Positions 47,194 through 57,763 of a stretch of 64,000 nucleotides of DNA are shown one piece after another. The stretch spans positions 1,201 through 65,200 of the forward strand of contig CAZHOE010000003.1 of the NCBI GenBank assembly GCA_964534445.1, in the 5' to 3' direction. The translations under genes were made by a program, and so were the position numbers. Positions within the stretch are counted from its first letter, which is position 1, and each line of letters starts with the position of its first letter. The notes under the pieces were generated by a model. The model saw only the letters and a list, made by a program, of their open reading frames with translations. It ran no database searches and was not told the DNA's origin. Source of the DNA: an uncultured Micavibrio sp. (GTDB lineage Bacteria > Pseudomonadota > Alphaproteobacteria > Micavibrionales > UBA2020).

Positions 47194-48338
47194 GCAATCC
47201 CGTCCTTTGCTATCGGATACTTGCGCAAGCGGCGCAGAATCTGTGTCAGCCATTGTTCGCCACGGCTATGTAGCATAAAAAGAGCGGCGCCTATCGGCAG
47301 CAATGTTATCAGATATAGCAGAAAAAGCATGTCGGGCTGCTTTTTTGCAGCATTGACGGCGCCCATATTCAGTGCTTGCAGCATGACAACAATGGTGACG
47401 GCAGCCATGATCTTGCGTGTCAGCCCGCGGCGGTTGAAGGGGCCGAGCAAGACGAAGGCAAGCGATATCAGTGTAAAGCCGATGGCGTTCAGCGGGGTCA
47501 AAATACGCTCGTGCGCTTCCGTTCTGAATTCTTCCAGATGTTCGACATCGCGTTTGTTGGCCATATCGGGATGAAGCAGTTCGATGAACGTGCGCTCGCT
47601 CGGATGGCGCCATTTTTCAACGGGGTCGCTTTCAAGTCCCTTGATCTCGATCATATACCGCGAGAAAAAGAGACGGGAGACGACATGGCTTTGCGTATCC
47701 ATCTGTTGGCGCAGGCCTTCAAAGACGAGAATGTTCGGCGTATCGCCGTCCATAACAATGCGTCCGCGTTTGGCCGTGACGGTCACAGGCGGCTTATCGC
47801 GTTCGCGCCGGTCGTGGATCATCAGACCCAGCAGATCGCCATTGGCGTCGCGCTCGCGCACATAGACGGTCAGATCATCGTTAAAGGTGTTGAACACGCC
47901 TTCGCGCAGTAAAAAGCCGGAATACTGCGCCTTGACCGTGCGGCGGAGCTGCTTCATGTCGTTATAGCTCGCGGGCGAGATCCAGGTGGTCAAAAGGATC
48001 AGAACAACCGTCAGGCCGCCGGCCAGAATCAATGCAGGGCGGGCGAGCGCCATCTGGTCAAAGCCACAGGCGCGCAGCACGATCAACTCGTTATCCATAA
48101 TGAATTTATTGTAGATGAACAAAACCGCTGTAACGAGGGCAAGGGGCAGAATGACTTCAAGAAAGCGGGGCAGGGTCAAAAGCACCAGCTGGATGAATAA
48201 TCCTGGCGGTGCATCGGAATTGGCCACCAATTCCAAAAGCTTCAAGGATTGCGTCAGCCAAATAACCAGCGTCAGCGTAATCGCGATAAAGGCGGTTACG
48301 GAAAAAAGGTTTTTGAAAAGATAGCGCGTTATCAACAT
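47190..48338 (-). CDS. lptF: LPS export ABC permease LptF
   Basis: MLITRYLFKNLFSVT N-terminus. YjgP/YjgQ family. Divergent from pepA, as in E. coli. Confidence 0.85.
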   Translation of the reverse strand: MLITRYLFKNLFSVTAFIAITLTLVIWLTQSLKLLELVANSDAPPGLFIQLVLLTLPRFLEVILPLALVTAVLFIYNKFIMDNELIVLRACGFDQMALARPALILAGGLTVVLILLTTWISPASYNDMKQLRRTVKAQYSGFLLREGVFNTFNDDLTVYVRERDANGDLLGLMIHDRRERDKPPVTVTAKRGRIVMDGDTPNILVFEGLRQQMDTQSHVVSRLFFSRYMIEIKGLESDPVEKWRHPSERTFIELLHPDMANKRDVEHLEEFRTEAHERILTPLNAIGFTLISLAFVLLGPFNRRGLTRKIMAAVTIVVMLQALNMGAVNAAKKQPDMLFLLYLITLLPIGAALFMLHSRGEQWLTQILRRLRKYPIAKDGIA

Positions 48339-48457
48339 TGCGGCCGCGATCTGCTTGCATCCGGGGTGGCGCAAAGGCGGACACCCTATTATTATCATCT
48401 GGCAGTCATGGACTGTTTTTACCCGTTTAGCTCTGAAAAAGAAAGAAAAATAGCGCT

Positions 48458-49975
48458 ATGAAAATCACCTTCGATGCCAAGCCCCCGAAATCCGATGCAC
48501 TGGTTGTGTTCGCCGCCGAGGACGGCAAGGGCGATGCCAAGCTGCTGACCGCAGGCGCGGATACGGATAAAAAGACCAAGGGCGCGATCAAACGCGCGAT
48601 TGCCGCTGCAAAGTTTCAGGGTAAAAAGGCGCAGTCCCTCGGCCTGCCGGGTTTGCAAGGCGCCAGTGAAGACTATGTTATCATCATCGGTCTTGGCAAA
48701 GTGGAAGACCTGAAGGCGCAGGATTTCAACAAACTGGGCAGCAGCCTTGTGCCGTTATTGAACGCGCGCAAAGTAGCTGCCGCCGCTGTTGCCTTTCCCG
48801 ATGCGAAAGAGCTGAAACTCGGCAAGGCGCTGACGCTGGAAGAAGCCGCCGCCCGTTTTGCGCAGGCCGCTTATCTGAATACTTATCGCTTTGATAAATA
48901 TCTGACCAAAGAGCCGAAAGAGAAAAAGCCGACACTAAAATCCATGGCGATCGTCGTTGAAGAGGCGCCCAAAATGCGCAAGGTTTTCAGCCGTTATCAG
49001 AAGGTCGCCGAAGGGGCGTTCCTAACGCGTGATCTGGTCTCCGAAGTGCCGAATGTGCTTTATCCTGACAGCTTTGCGAAGATCATCAAAAAAGAGCTCA
49101 GCCCCCTTGGCATCGATGTACAGATTTTGACGCGCAAGGAAATGGAAAAGCACAAGATGGGCGCGCTGATTGCCGTCGGGCAAGGCAGCGTGCGCGAACC
49201 GCGTCTTGTGACCATGCGGTATAACGGCGGCAAGAAGGGCCAAAAGCCCATCGCGTTTGTGGGCAAGGGCATTACCTTTGATACGGGCGGCATTTCGTTG
49301 AAGCCCGGCGCCGGTATGGAAGAAATGAAATGGGATATGGGCGGTGCCGGTACCGTCACAGGCTTGATGAAGGCACTGGCCGCACGCGGCGCCAAAGTCA
49401 ACGTGATCGGGATTGTAGCACTGGCCGAGAACATGCCGGATGGTAACGCCTATCGCCCGGGCGATATCATTACATCGATGTCCGGCCAGACGATTGAAGT
49501 GCACAATACCGATGCGGAAGGGCGTCTGGTGCTCTCCGATGCACTTTGGTATGTGCAGGAAAAATTCAAACCCACACATATTATTGACCTTGCGACCCTG
49601 ACAGGCGCGATGATCATTGCGCTGGGGCATGAATATGCGGGCGTTTTCAGTAACGACGATGACCTGCCCAAGCAGCTGATGGCCGCGGGCAAGGAAACCG
49701 AAGAGCTGGTCTGGCACATGCCGCTGCACGATGCCTGGGACAAGGCGATTGACAGTCTGGCAGCAGACATGAAAAACATCGGTGGTCGCGATGCGGGCAG
49801 CGCCACGGCCGCGCATTTCCTGAAGCGGTTTATTCAAAACGGCACCAAATGGGCGCATCTGGATATCGCAGGCGTGGCGTGGTCGAGCAAAGACCGCACC
49901 GGCGTGCCGAAGGGGGCGTCGTCCTTCGGCGTGCGCCTTTTGGATCAATATGTGGCCGATGTTTGGGAAAAATAA
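48458..49975 (+). CDS. pepA: leucyl aminopeptidase
   Basis: M17 signature NTDAEGRL and metal-binding regions (GKGITFDTGG). Confidence 0.9.
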   Translation: MKITFDAKPPKSDALVVFAAEDGKGDAKLLTAGADTDKKTKGAIKRAIAAAKFQGKKAQSLGLPGLQGASEDYVIIIGLGKVEDLKAQDFNKLGSSLVPLLNARKVAAAAVAFPDAKELKLGKALTLEEAAARFAQAAYLNTYRFDKYLTKEPKEKKPTLKSMAIVVEEAPKMRKVFSRYQKVAEGAFLTRDLVSEVPNVLYPDSFAKIIKKELSPLGIDVQILTRKEMEKHKMGALIAVGQGSVREPRLVTMRYNGGKKGQKPIAFVGKGITFDTGGISLKPGAGMEEMKWDMGGAGTVTGLMKALAARGAKVNVIGIVALAENMPDGNAYRPGDIITSMSGQTIEVHNTDAEGRLVLSDALWYVQEKFKPTHIIDLATLTGAMIIALGHEYAGVFSNDDDLPKQLMAAGKETEELVWHMPLHDAWDKAIDSLAADMKNIGGRDAGSATAAHFLKRFIQNGTKWAHLDIAGVAWSSKDRTGVPKGASSFGVRLLDQYVADVWEK

Positions 49976-50042
49976 ACGCTTTGAGGTGTATAACGGCTGA
50001 TGCTTATCAGCCGGCAGGGCGGCTATATAGAAAGAGGTTTGC

Positions 50043-53000
50043 ATGTCCATCATGAAATCGCAGCGGTTTTTTCCGCTGTTCATGACCCAGTTTCTGGGCG
50101 CGTTTAACGATAATCTATTTAAAAACGCGATGGTCATGCTGATCACTTTCAGCTTTGCTGCCGAAGGCAATACCGGCGGGATGAGCAGCGAAATGCTGGT
50201 GACGGTGGCGGCAGGTGTTTTTATCCTGCCGTTTTTTCTTTTTTCCGCCACCGCCGGACAGTTTGCCGACAAGCATGACAAAGCAAAGCTCGCCCGTATC
50301 ATCAAGCAGGCGGAAATCGTTTTCATGACCATGGCCGCTGCCGCTTTTATTGCCAAAAGCATCTGGATGCTGATGCTGGTGCTGTTTTGCATGGGGGCAC
50401 AATCGGCCTTCTTCGGCCCCATTAAATACGCTATTTTGCCGCAACATCTGGGCAAGGAAGAACTGCTCAAGGGCAATGCCTATGTAGAGGCCGGCACGTT
50501 TTTGGCCATTCTTGCGGGGACGATCCTCGGCGGACTTTTGGTGATGAACCAGACCTATGGCATCTGGGTCATTTCGGGCGGCGTGATCGCCGTTGCCATC
50601 GCCGGATATTTTTTCAGCCGCGGCATCCCCGCGGCACCGGGGCCGTCGCCGGATCTGAAAATCAATCCGCGCTTTTGGACCGAAACGCAAAAAATGATGA
50701 AAGATACACAGCAGAATGTTGTTGTGTACCGTGCCATTTTGGCAATCTCCTGGTTCTGGCTGGTGGGCGCGACATATCTGACGCAGTTTCCGTCTTTCGC
50801 CAAATATTTTCTGGGCGGCGATGAAAGCGTCGTCACCTTGCTGCTGGCGCTATTCTCCATCGGGATCGGCTTTGGCTCCGTGATGTGTGAAAAACTGTTG
50901 AAGGGGCGCGTGCAGCTGACCTATGTGCCGCTGGCGGCGATTGGCATGGCGCTGTTTGGCGTGGATCTTTATTTTGCAACCGGCGCCGTACACGTAGCGG
51001 AAGCACCGGCCGGCGGAGAGGCCGCGCTGGTTTCCGCGTTTTCCTTTGCCGGCGGCTGGGCAGGCTGGCGCGTGATGCTGGATCTGTTCTTTATCGCCGT
51101 TTGCGGCGGTATGTTTGTGGTGCCGCTCTATGCCATGGTGCAGACCCGCGCGGACGAGGGCATGGTTGCCCGCACCATTGCGGGGCTGAACGTCATGAAT
51201 TCCCTTTTCATGGTGACCTCTGCCCTTGTCTGCGCGATTTTGCTGAAACTGTCTGTGACCATTCCGGGGATTTTCCTTGTGATGGCACTGTGTAACATTC
51301 TGGTTGCCGTTTATATTTCCCATCTCTTGCCGGAGGATCTTATGCGTTCCCTTATTCGTGCCATCCTGACCTGGGCTTATAAAGTCGAGGTCAAAGGTCT
51401 GGAAAATTTCGATGCCGCCGGCAAACGCGTGCTGATTGTCGCAAACCATACCTCTTTTCTGGATGCGGTTTTGATTGCGGCCTATTTGCCCGTCAAAATC
51501 ACTTTTGCCATTAATACGCATGTTTCCAAAAAATGGTGGATCAAACCTTTCCTGTCGCTCGTCGATGCTTTTCCGCTGGATCCGACCAACCCGATGGCCA
51601 TTAAAAAACTGGTCGAACTTGTGCGCGAAGATAAAATCGCCATGATTTTCCCCGAAGGCCGCATTACGGTGACGGGATCGTTGATGAAGGTCTACGAAGG
51701 CCCCGGCCTGATCGCCGACAAAGCCGGTGCCAAGCTGCTGCCGATCCGTATTGACGGCGCGCAGTATTCGCCGTTCTCCCGCCTGCGCGGCAAGGTGACG
51801 ATCCGTGCCTTCCCGAAAATTACGCTCACGATTTTGCCGCCCTGTGATTTCCAGCTGCCCGAAGACGTTATGGGCCGTCGTCGTCGTCAATTGGCTGCGG
51901 CCAAGCTCTACGACATTATGTCCGGCATGATGTTTGAAGCCAGCGATACCAATGAAACGCTGCTGAAAGCACTGCTGAAAGCACGCCGTTTGCACGGCGG
52001 CCGGCATGTGGTCGCGGAAGATCCGATGCGGGCGCCGCTCAATTACCGCGACGTCATCAGCCGTTCCATGGCGCTCGGTCGCGTGATGAACCGCCATTTG
52101 CCGAGTGTGACAGAGAATGACAACGACGTGCCTGCCGTCGGCGTCTTGTTGCCCAATATGACAGGGACGGTACTGACGTTTTTTGCCCTGCATGCCATCC
52201 GCCGTACACCCGCGATGCTCAATTTTTCTTCCGGCCCCGCGCAGATTGTCAGTGCCTGTAAAACAGCGAATATGCAGGTCGTTATTACCTCCAGACGCTT
52301 TATCGAGATGGGCAAGCTCGATGCCGTGACGGCGGCAATGACGGAAGCGGGCGTAACCTTCCTGTATCTGGAAGACCTTGCCAAGGAGGTTGATTTTAAA
52401 GACAAGCTCTATGGCCTTGCTGCGCGCTATGTGCCGGAGCTTTTGAATAAACTGCAAAAACCAAAGGCGCAGCCGGACGATGCGGCGGTGATTTTGTTTA
52501 CATCAGGATCGGAAGGCACGCCCAAAGGAGTTGTCCTCTCTCACCGCAACATCCGCGCCAATTGCCACCAGATCGGCAGCCGTATCGATTTTGGCCCGAC
52601 GGATATCGTCTTTAACTGCCTGCCCATGTTCCACTCGTTCGGGCTTACGGGCGGCACGCTTTTGCCAATTCTTTCCGGCCTGCGTACCTTTTATTATCCG
52701 TCGCCGCTGCATTACCGCATCGTACCGGAGCTGATTTACGATACCAATGCCACCATCTTGTTCGGTACGGATACGTTTCTGTCCGGCTATGCGCGGTTTG
52801 CACATCCCTATGATTTCCATGCCATCCGCTATGTTTTTGCCGGCGCGGAAAAGTTGAAAGAAGAGACCCGCCGCATTTATGCCGAAAAATACGGTGTGCG
52901 CATTTTTGAAGGCTATGGCGCTACCGAAACCGCGCCTGTTATCAGCATCAATACGCCCATGCACAACCGCCCCGGCACAGTCGGCCGCTTTTTGCCGGGT

Positions 53001-53504
53001 ATTACCTATAAGCTTGAAAAGGTGGAGGGGCTGGAACCCGATCAGGGCAAACTGGTCATTCACGGGCCGAACATCATGAAGGGCTATTTGAAATCGGATG
53101 CGCCCGGCGTGCTACAACCGCCAGAAGGTGGTTGGTATGATACGGGGGATATCGTCGCCGTGGATGACCGCGGCTTTATTGCCATTCAAGGGCGCTTGAA
53201 ACGGTTTGCCAAAATTGGCGGCGAGATGGTTTCCCTCACCGCAGTCGAAAGCGCCTTGCAAAAAATGTGGCCGGAGGCGATGCATGCCGTCGTCAGCGTC
53301 AAAGACGACAAGAAGGGTGAAAAGCTGATCTTGTTCACGACGCAGACAGATGCAAAGGCGGAGGATATTACCCAGTATTTCCGCCGGCAGGGTATCAACG
53401 AGCTGTCGATCCCGAAGCAAATCGAGATTGTGGCGGATTTGCCGTTGCTCGGTACCGGCAAGCTGGATTATATGACGTTGCAAAAAACCGCGAACGAGAG
53501 ATAA
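50043..53504 (+). CDS. aas: tri-functional fusion: MFS lysophospholipid transporter (LplT-like), PlsC-type acyltransferase and acyl-ACP synthetase (Aas-like)
   Basis: About 12 TM at the N-terminus. HX4D motif NHTSFLDA plus PEGRIT. Adenylation cores FTSGSEGTPKGV, GYGATET, YDTGD. Confidence 0.85.
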   Translation: MSIMKSQRFFPLFMTQFLGAFNDNLFKNAMVMLITFSFAAEGNTGGMSSEMLVTVAAGVFILPFFLFSATAGQFADKHDKAKLARIIKQAEIVFMTMAAAAFIAKSIWMLMLVLFCMGAQSAFFGPIKYAILPQHLGKEELLKGNAYVEAGTFLAILAGTILGGLLVMNQTYGIWVISGGVIAVAIAGYFFSRGIPAAPGPSPDLKINPRFWTETQKMMKDTQQNVVVYRAILAISWFWLVGATYLTQFPSFAKYFLGGDESVVTLLLALFSIGIGFGSVMCEKLLKGRVQLTYVPLAAIGMALFGVDLYFATGAVHVAEAPAGGEAALVSAFSFAGGWAGWRVMLDLFFIAVCGGMFVVPLYAMVQTRADEGMVARTIAGLNVMNSLFMVTSALVCAILLKLSVTIPGIFLVMALCNILVAVYISHLLPEDLMRSLIRAILTWAYKVEVKGLENFDAAGKRVLIVANHTSFLDAVLIAAYLPVKITFAINTHVSKKWWIKPFLSLVDAFPLDPTNPMAIKKLVELVREDKIAMIFPEGRITVTGSLMKVYEGPGLIADKAGAKLLPIRIDGAQYSPFSRLRGKVTIRAFPKITLTILPPCDFQLPEDVMGRRRRQLAAAKLYDIMSGMMFEASDTNETLLKALLKARRLHGGRHVVAEDPMRAPLNYRDVISRSMALGRVMNRHLPSVTENDNDVPAVGVLLPNMTGTVLTFFALHAIRRTPAMLNFSSGPAQIVSACKTANMQVVITSRRFIEMGKLDAVTAAMTEAGVTFLYLEDLAKEVDFKDKLYGLAARYVPELLNKLQKPKAQPDDAAVILFTSGSEGTPKGVVLSHRNIRANCHQIGSRIDFGPTDIVFNCLPMFHSFGLTGGTLLPILSGLRTFYYPSPLHYRIVPELIYDTNATILFGTDTFLSGYARFAHPYDFHAIRYVFAGAEKLKEETRRIYAEKYGVRIFEGYGATETAPVISINTPMHNRPGTVGRFLPGITYKLEKVEGLEPDQGKLVIHGPNIMKGYLKSDAPGVLQPPEGGWYDTGDIVAVDDRGFIAIQGRLKRFAKIGGEMVSLTAVESALQKMWPEAMHAVVSVKDDKKGEKLILFTTQTDAKAEDITQYFRRQGINELSIPKQIEIVADLPLLGTGKLDYMTLQKTANER

Positions 53505-53510
53505 GCGGGG

Positions 53511-54032
53511 TCAGCCCGCAGAAGTGAATTCCGGCAAGGTGACATAACCGTTGTCGTGGCGCTTTTCCATTTGCGCTTCCGTTACCTCGCCGCGTGGGGA
53601 GATCATCAAAGTGGCCTCATATAGGCCATCGACAGCGGCAAATTGTACTGTGGCTTTCCACTCCGTATCTTGCAGATCGGCACGGCAGTTGCGCATCACG
53701 CGGCGGTCGCCGAAATAAAGGCGAAAGCGCAGATAATTTTCGATTGTATCGTTATTCAGCACCAAGGGCGCTGCGGCATTCATGTAATGGATATTCGCGA
53801 TGCTGAAATCCAGCGGCACGATTTCTGCGGGCAACTGCACATACCAAAACGGCGCTGTGCCCGGCTGGTTTTTAAAAACGCGCAGTAGTCGCGCCTCGCC
53901 ATAAAAATTCAGCGGCACCGTATCAATGGCGGTTTCATCGGGGTTGAAATGGTAGGCAGGCTCGATCGCATTCAGGCGGCGGGTAATCTCGACTTTATCT
54001 TTCGGTGTGACGCTATACCAGATATCGGCCAT
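53511..54032 (-). CDS. hypothetical protein (173 aa)
   Basis: ATG at 54032 with GGAAGGA upstream. No motif recognised. Convergent with the aas fusion, 6 bp apart. Confidence 0.5.
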   Translation of the reverse strand: MADIWYSVTPKDKVEITRRLNAIEPAYHFNPDETAIDTVPLNFYGEARLLRVFKNQPGTAPFWYVQLPAEIVPLDFSIANIHYMNAAAPLVLNNDTIENYLRFRLYFGDRRVMRNCRADLQDTEWKATVQFAAVDGLYEATLMISPRGEVTEAQMEKRHDNGYVTLPEFTSAG

Positions 54033-54119
54033 TTTAAAATCCTTCCGCGTTTCGTCTCTTGCCTTTTCGGGTGAATATCCGAATAATAATGGCATCCTTT
54101 GCATGTAAAGACAAACCAG

Positions 54120-54566
54120 ATGACGGATATCCGCTTTTATCATATGACGCGTAAAACGCTGGGGCGCGCCCTGCCGGAGCTGCTCTCCAAGGCGTTGGAA
54201 CGCTATCCGCGCATTCTCGTCAAAACGGCGGATGCGGAACAGGCTGCGGCGCTGGATCAGGTGCTATGGACATATGATCCCGGCAGTTTTATGCCGCATA
54301 GCGCAGCAGCGGACGCATTTGCGGCGGAACAGCCTGTTTTTTTGACGGCAGAGGATATGAACCCCAATAGTGCACAAATGATTGTATTGACGGGCGGGGC
54401 AACGGCAGAAGATGTTGCCGCATTTGCGCTGTGCTGCGAGCTGTTCGACGGTAATGATGAAGAGGCCGTGAAGGCCGCGCGGGCTCGCTGGGCTTCTTAT
54501 AAAGAGGCGGGGCACGAACTGACCTATTTCCAGCAGGACGATGACGGCCGCTGGGTCAAAAAATAA
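54120..54566 (+). CDS. holC: DNA polymerase III chi subunit
   Basis: DIRFYHM...RILVKTADAEQAAALDQVLWTY...FMPH is typical of HolC. Confidence 0.82.
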   Translation: MTDIRFYHMTRKTLGRALPELLSKALERYPRILVKTADAEQAAALDQVLWTYDPGSFMPHSAAADAFAAEQPVFLTAEDMNPNSAQMIVLTGGATAEDVAAFALCCELFDGNDEEAVKAARARWASYKEAGHELTYFQQDDDGRWVKK

Positions 54567-54579
54567 TCAGATTTTTGAA

Positions 54580-54933
54580 TTAGTGACAGGGAAACGCGCG
54601 GGCAACGGCGGCGGCGGCAGTTTTTGCAGCGCTGCCTTCCATATTGCCCGGAAAGACTTCGGCATAGTTGCGGTAGATATCAATCAGCTGTTCGCTGCGC
54701 ACCGGCTGGTGATTGCAGGCGGTTTCCCCCGCAACGGGGCCTGCCAGCAAGGCGTTGGCAATACCGCTGATGTAACCGGCACAAAAACCATAATCCGTGT
54801 CATAGGTGCTATTGCAGAGTTTCAAAAGCTCCGTGCCTGTCATGCCGTCGCTATTGGCAGCATGGGCGGGCGGCATGGCGGCGGCGATCAGGCAAAGCAT
54901 CCAAAGGGCTGCAATGAGCGGGCGCATGCGCAT
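54580..54933 (-). CDS. Rap1a/Tai4-like small secreted protein (putative T6SS-amidase immunity family)
   Basis: Signal peptide. TGTELLKLCNS...GFCAGYISGIANAL...SEQLIDIYRNY...AVARAFPC follows the family pattern as I recall it. Confidence 0.55.
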   Translation of the reverse strand: MRMRPLIAALWMLCLIAAAMPPAHAANSDGMTGTELLKLCNSTYDTDYGFCAGYISGIANALLAGPVAGETACNHQPVRSEQLIDIYRNYAEVFPGNMEGSAAKTAAAAVARAFPCH

Positions 54934-54986
54934 GACGCTTCCTCCGTATTCTTAAATCAGGCCTTTATGCAGTTTGCTATCAGCGG

Positions 54987-56570
54987 TTAACGTTTCAACG
55001 CGGCCTGCTTGGTGCTGACGGGCTTGCTGTCGGCGATGGTCACACCTTTCAGCAGTTGTGCAAATTCGCCATCACGCTTCGTGACGATATTCTTGAACTT
55101 CGCCATATCCTTGCTTTCCAGCTCCTTGCCGGTGGGCAGTTTCAGGCTTTTCGGATTGACCTGCTTGCCACCGACGATGACTTCATAGTGCAGGTGGGGG
55201 CCGGTAGAGCGGCCGGTCGTGCCGACATAACCGATGATCTGGCCTTGTTTGACGCGGCTGCCGGACTTCAAGCCGCTACGGAAGCCTTTCATATGGGCAT
55301 AGGCTGTTTTCAGGTCCCCGCGGTGACGGATGCGGATGTAGTTGCCGTAGGAGCTGAAGGGGCCGATGCGTTCGATCGTACCGTCGCCGGCAGCGTAAAT
55401 CGGCGTACCCGGTGCGGCGGCAAAGTCGATACCCTTGTGCATTTTGCCATAGCCCAATACGGGGTGACGGCGCATGCCGAAACCGGAGCTGAGACGCGCA
55501 CCGTCAATCGGCGTTTTCATGAGCGCTTTTTTGGCGGACATGCCTTTGTCATCAAAATAATCCGTATCGCCCGATGCCGTTTCATATAGATAGAACGGCA
55601 TGTCGCGGTCACCCAGCGTCAGGCGCGCGAAAATGATATTGCTTTTACCGGAAACGATATCGCCAGTGTCGGTTGCGTATTCTTCGAACATGATTTCGAA
55701 TTTGTCGCCGGAGTGAATGTCGCGCTGGAAGTCGACGTTCCAGGAATACATTTTAATCAGGTCAATAATCACACCGTCGGGCACGCCCGCGTCTTTCGCG
55801 GAAACATACAGGGAGTCGTTAATCGTGCCGGCATAGCCTTTCAGACTGCGGTAAATGGGCTTTTCTTCGCTGTCGGCGGTAAAACTGCCATCTTCGGTTC
55901 GGCTGACCATGACGGTATTAATTTTATCTTTTTCAATCTGCAAACCGCTGAATTTCGGATCCGCGATGACGGGATCCTTGTGAAAGAAAACAGTGATTGC
56001 ATGACCGGGGTTCAGGTCGCGCGGGTTGTAAACCTTGCTGAGCGCCTGAATGGCGTTATAGGCTTCGGTGCGCGGCACGTCATTACTGACCAGAAGTTCC
56101 ATCAGTGTATCGCCCTTGCCGACGGTGACTTTTTTCTCCGCAACAAAAAGATTGCTGCCGGCAGAAAGCACTTTTTCAATACCCGACTGGATAAAGGAAA
56201 TGCGCTCTGCGGCGCTGGTTTCCATGTTTTGTGCAGCTTTGACGGCAGTCGGCTTGTCGGCTTTTTCAGCGGCGGCACCATAGGTATGGCTGCGCGGTGC
56301 GGGTGCGGACAGGAAAGCCGATTTCATGTTGGCTACACCGGCATTTGTTTCGCCATTGATATGCGCGGCGTTGTTGGGCGCCATGGCGGCAACCACGCTT
56401 TCGGGCATCACGGCAAGCTCGGCGGTGGCGATATCTTCGTCAGGCGCGCCAAAGAAAGAGATCAGCGCGTAGACGAAAATGATTGCGAGAAGCGGCAGCG
56501 CGGCATGACGCAGGCCAAAACGGCGGCGACGGCGCGGAAGCCGAATAGAGGAATATTGATATTGCAGCAA
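54987..56570 (-). CDS. M23-family peptidoglycan DD-metalloendopeptidase
   Basis: N-terminal TM segment. HKGIDFAAAPGTPIYAAGDG and GSTGRSTGPHLHYEV. Confidence 0.88.
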   Translation of the reverse strand: MLQYQYSSIRLPRRRRRFGLRHAALPLLAIIFVYALISFFGAPDEDIATAELAVMPESVVAAMAPNNAAHINGETNAGVANMKSAFLSAPAPRSHTYGAAAEKADKPTAVKAAQNMETSAAERISFIQSGIEKVLSAGSNLFVAEKKVTVGKGDTLMELLVSNDVPRTEAYNAIQALSKVYNPRDLNPGHAITVFFHKDPVIADPKFSGLQIEKDKINTVMVSRTEDGSFTADSEEKPIYRSLKGYAGTINDSLYVSAKDAGVPDGVIIDLIKMYSWNVDFQRDIHSGDKFEIMFEEYATDTGDIVSGKSNIIFARLTLGDRDMPFYLYETASGDTDYFDDKGMSAKKALMKTPIDGARLSSGFGMRRHPVLGYGKMHKGIDFAAAPGTPIYAAGDGTIERIGPFSSYGNYIRIRHRGDLKTAYAHMKGFRSGLKSGSRVKQGQIIGYVGTTGRSTGPHLHYEVIVGGKQVNPKSLKLPTGKELESKDMAKFKNIVTKRDGEFAQLLKGVTIADSKPVSTKQAALKR

Positions 56571-56929
56571 GGGTTAGCCCTTCTGAGTTGTTTCGGAGTC
56601 GACGAAGTGAACACCAGTCTATGCATGAATTCAAGTCTTGACTTTACCGAAGGGCAAGGTCGTTCACTCATAATATAAGGAAAAAGCGTTTAGACTCAAA
56701 CAGAAACATGCATATATACCATAACGCATTTGAGCCGATGCGAATATTCCGTCCATATAAATTTTTCATATATGCCAGAGGCGCGCATTTAGCGCACATC
56801 GCATACTTAACATCTGGACGTGACTTTATAAGTTTGTGTAGGATGCGGCACATACAGATTCATAACCACTCGGAAAATTTATCCATGACAACCCATCCCG
56901 CCGAGGGCTCAACAAAAGACGGTGAAAAT

Positions 56930-57763
56930 ATGACGAATGCCAGCACCCTGATGAAAGGTAAACGCGGATTGATCATGGGCGTTGCCAATGATCGCTCGAT
57001 CGCATGGGGCATTGCCGAAATGGCACATAAACATGGCGCGGAGCTGGCCTTCACCTATCAGGGCGAGGCTTTGGAAAAACGCGTGCGCCCGCTGGCGGAC
57101 GGCATCGGCTCCAAAATTATTGTGCCTTGCGATGTCACGGATATGAAAAGTATTGATGCGACCTTCGATGCCGTCGAAAAGGAATGGGGCGAACTGGATT
57201 TCGTTGTTCATGCGATTGCCTATTCCGATAAAAACGAGCTCGACGGGCTGTATCTCGATACCAGCCGCGACAATTTTTTGAAAACGATGGATATCTCCGT
57301 CTATTCCTTCACTGCCGTGGCGCAGCGCGCCGTGCCGCTCATGAAAAACGGCGGCAGCCTTCTGACCATGACTTATTACGGGGCGGAGCGTGTGATGCCG
57401 CATTATAACGTCATGGGCGTTGCAAAGGCTGCACTGGAAGCTTCCGTGCGTTATCTCGCCAGCGATGTCGGCCCCAAAGGTATTCGCGTGAATGCGATCA
57501 GCGCAGGGCCGATCAAGACATTGGCTGCCTCCGGTATCGGTGATTTCCGCTATATCCTGAAATGGAACGAGTTGAACGCGCCGCTGCGCCGTAACGTTAC
57601 CACACAGGATGTCGGCGGTGCCGGCCTGTTCCTGCTCAGCGATCTGGGCGCGGGCGTGACGGGCGAGATTATGTATGTCGATTCCGGTTACAACACCATC
57701 GGCATGGTGCAGGTTGATTCCGCCAAGGAAACGGCGGAATTGCTGCAAGGCATTTCCGGCTGA
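56930..57763 (+). CDS. fabI: enoyl-ACP reductase (NADH)
   Basis: [20 protein letters not shown] and [12 protein letters not shown] (Y-x6-K). Start uncertain (56930 or 56885). Confidence 0.88.
   Translation: MTNASTLMKGKRGLIMGVANDRSIAWGIAEMAHKHGAELAFTYQGEALEKRVRPLADGIGSKIIVPCDVTDMKSIDATFDAVEKEWGELDFVVHAIAYSDKNELDGLYLDTSRDNFLKTMDISVYSFTAVAQRAVPLMKNGGSLLTMTYYGAERVMPHYNVMGVAKAALEASVRYLASDVGPKGIRVNAISAGPIKTLAASGIGDFRYILKWNELNAPLRRNVTTQDVGGAGLFLLSDLGAGVTGEIMYVDSGYNTIGMVQVDSAKETAELLQGISG

Noticed and set aside
49022-52457. 484-aa and 535-aa minus-strand ORFs (49022-50476, 50850-52457)
   Set aside because: Antisense to pepA and the LplT-Aas fusion. Their translations are His/Arg/Gly-rich and motif-free.
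55713-57748. 321-aa plus-strand ORF (55713-56678) and 279-aa minus-strand ORF (56909-57748)
   Set aside because: Shadows of the M23 peptidase and fabI genes respectively.
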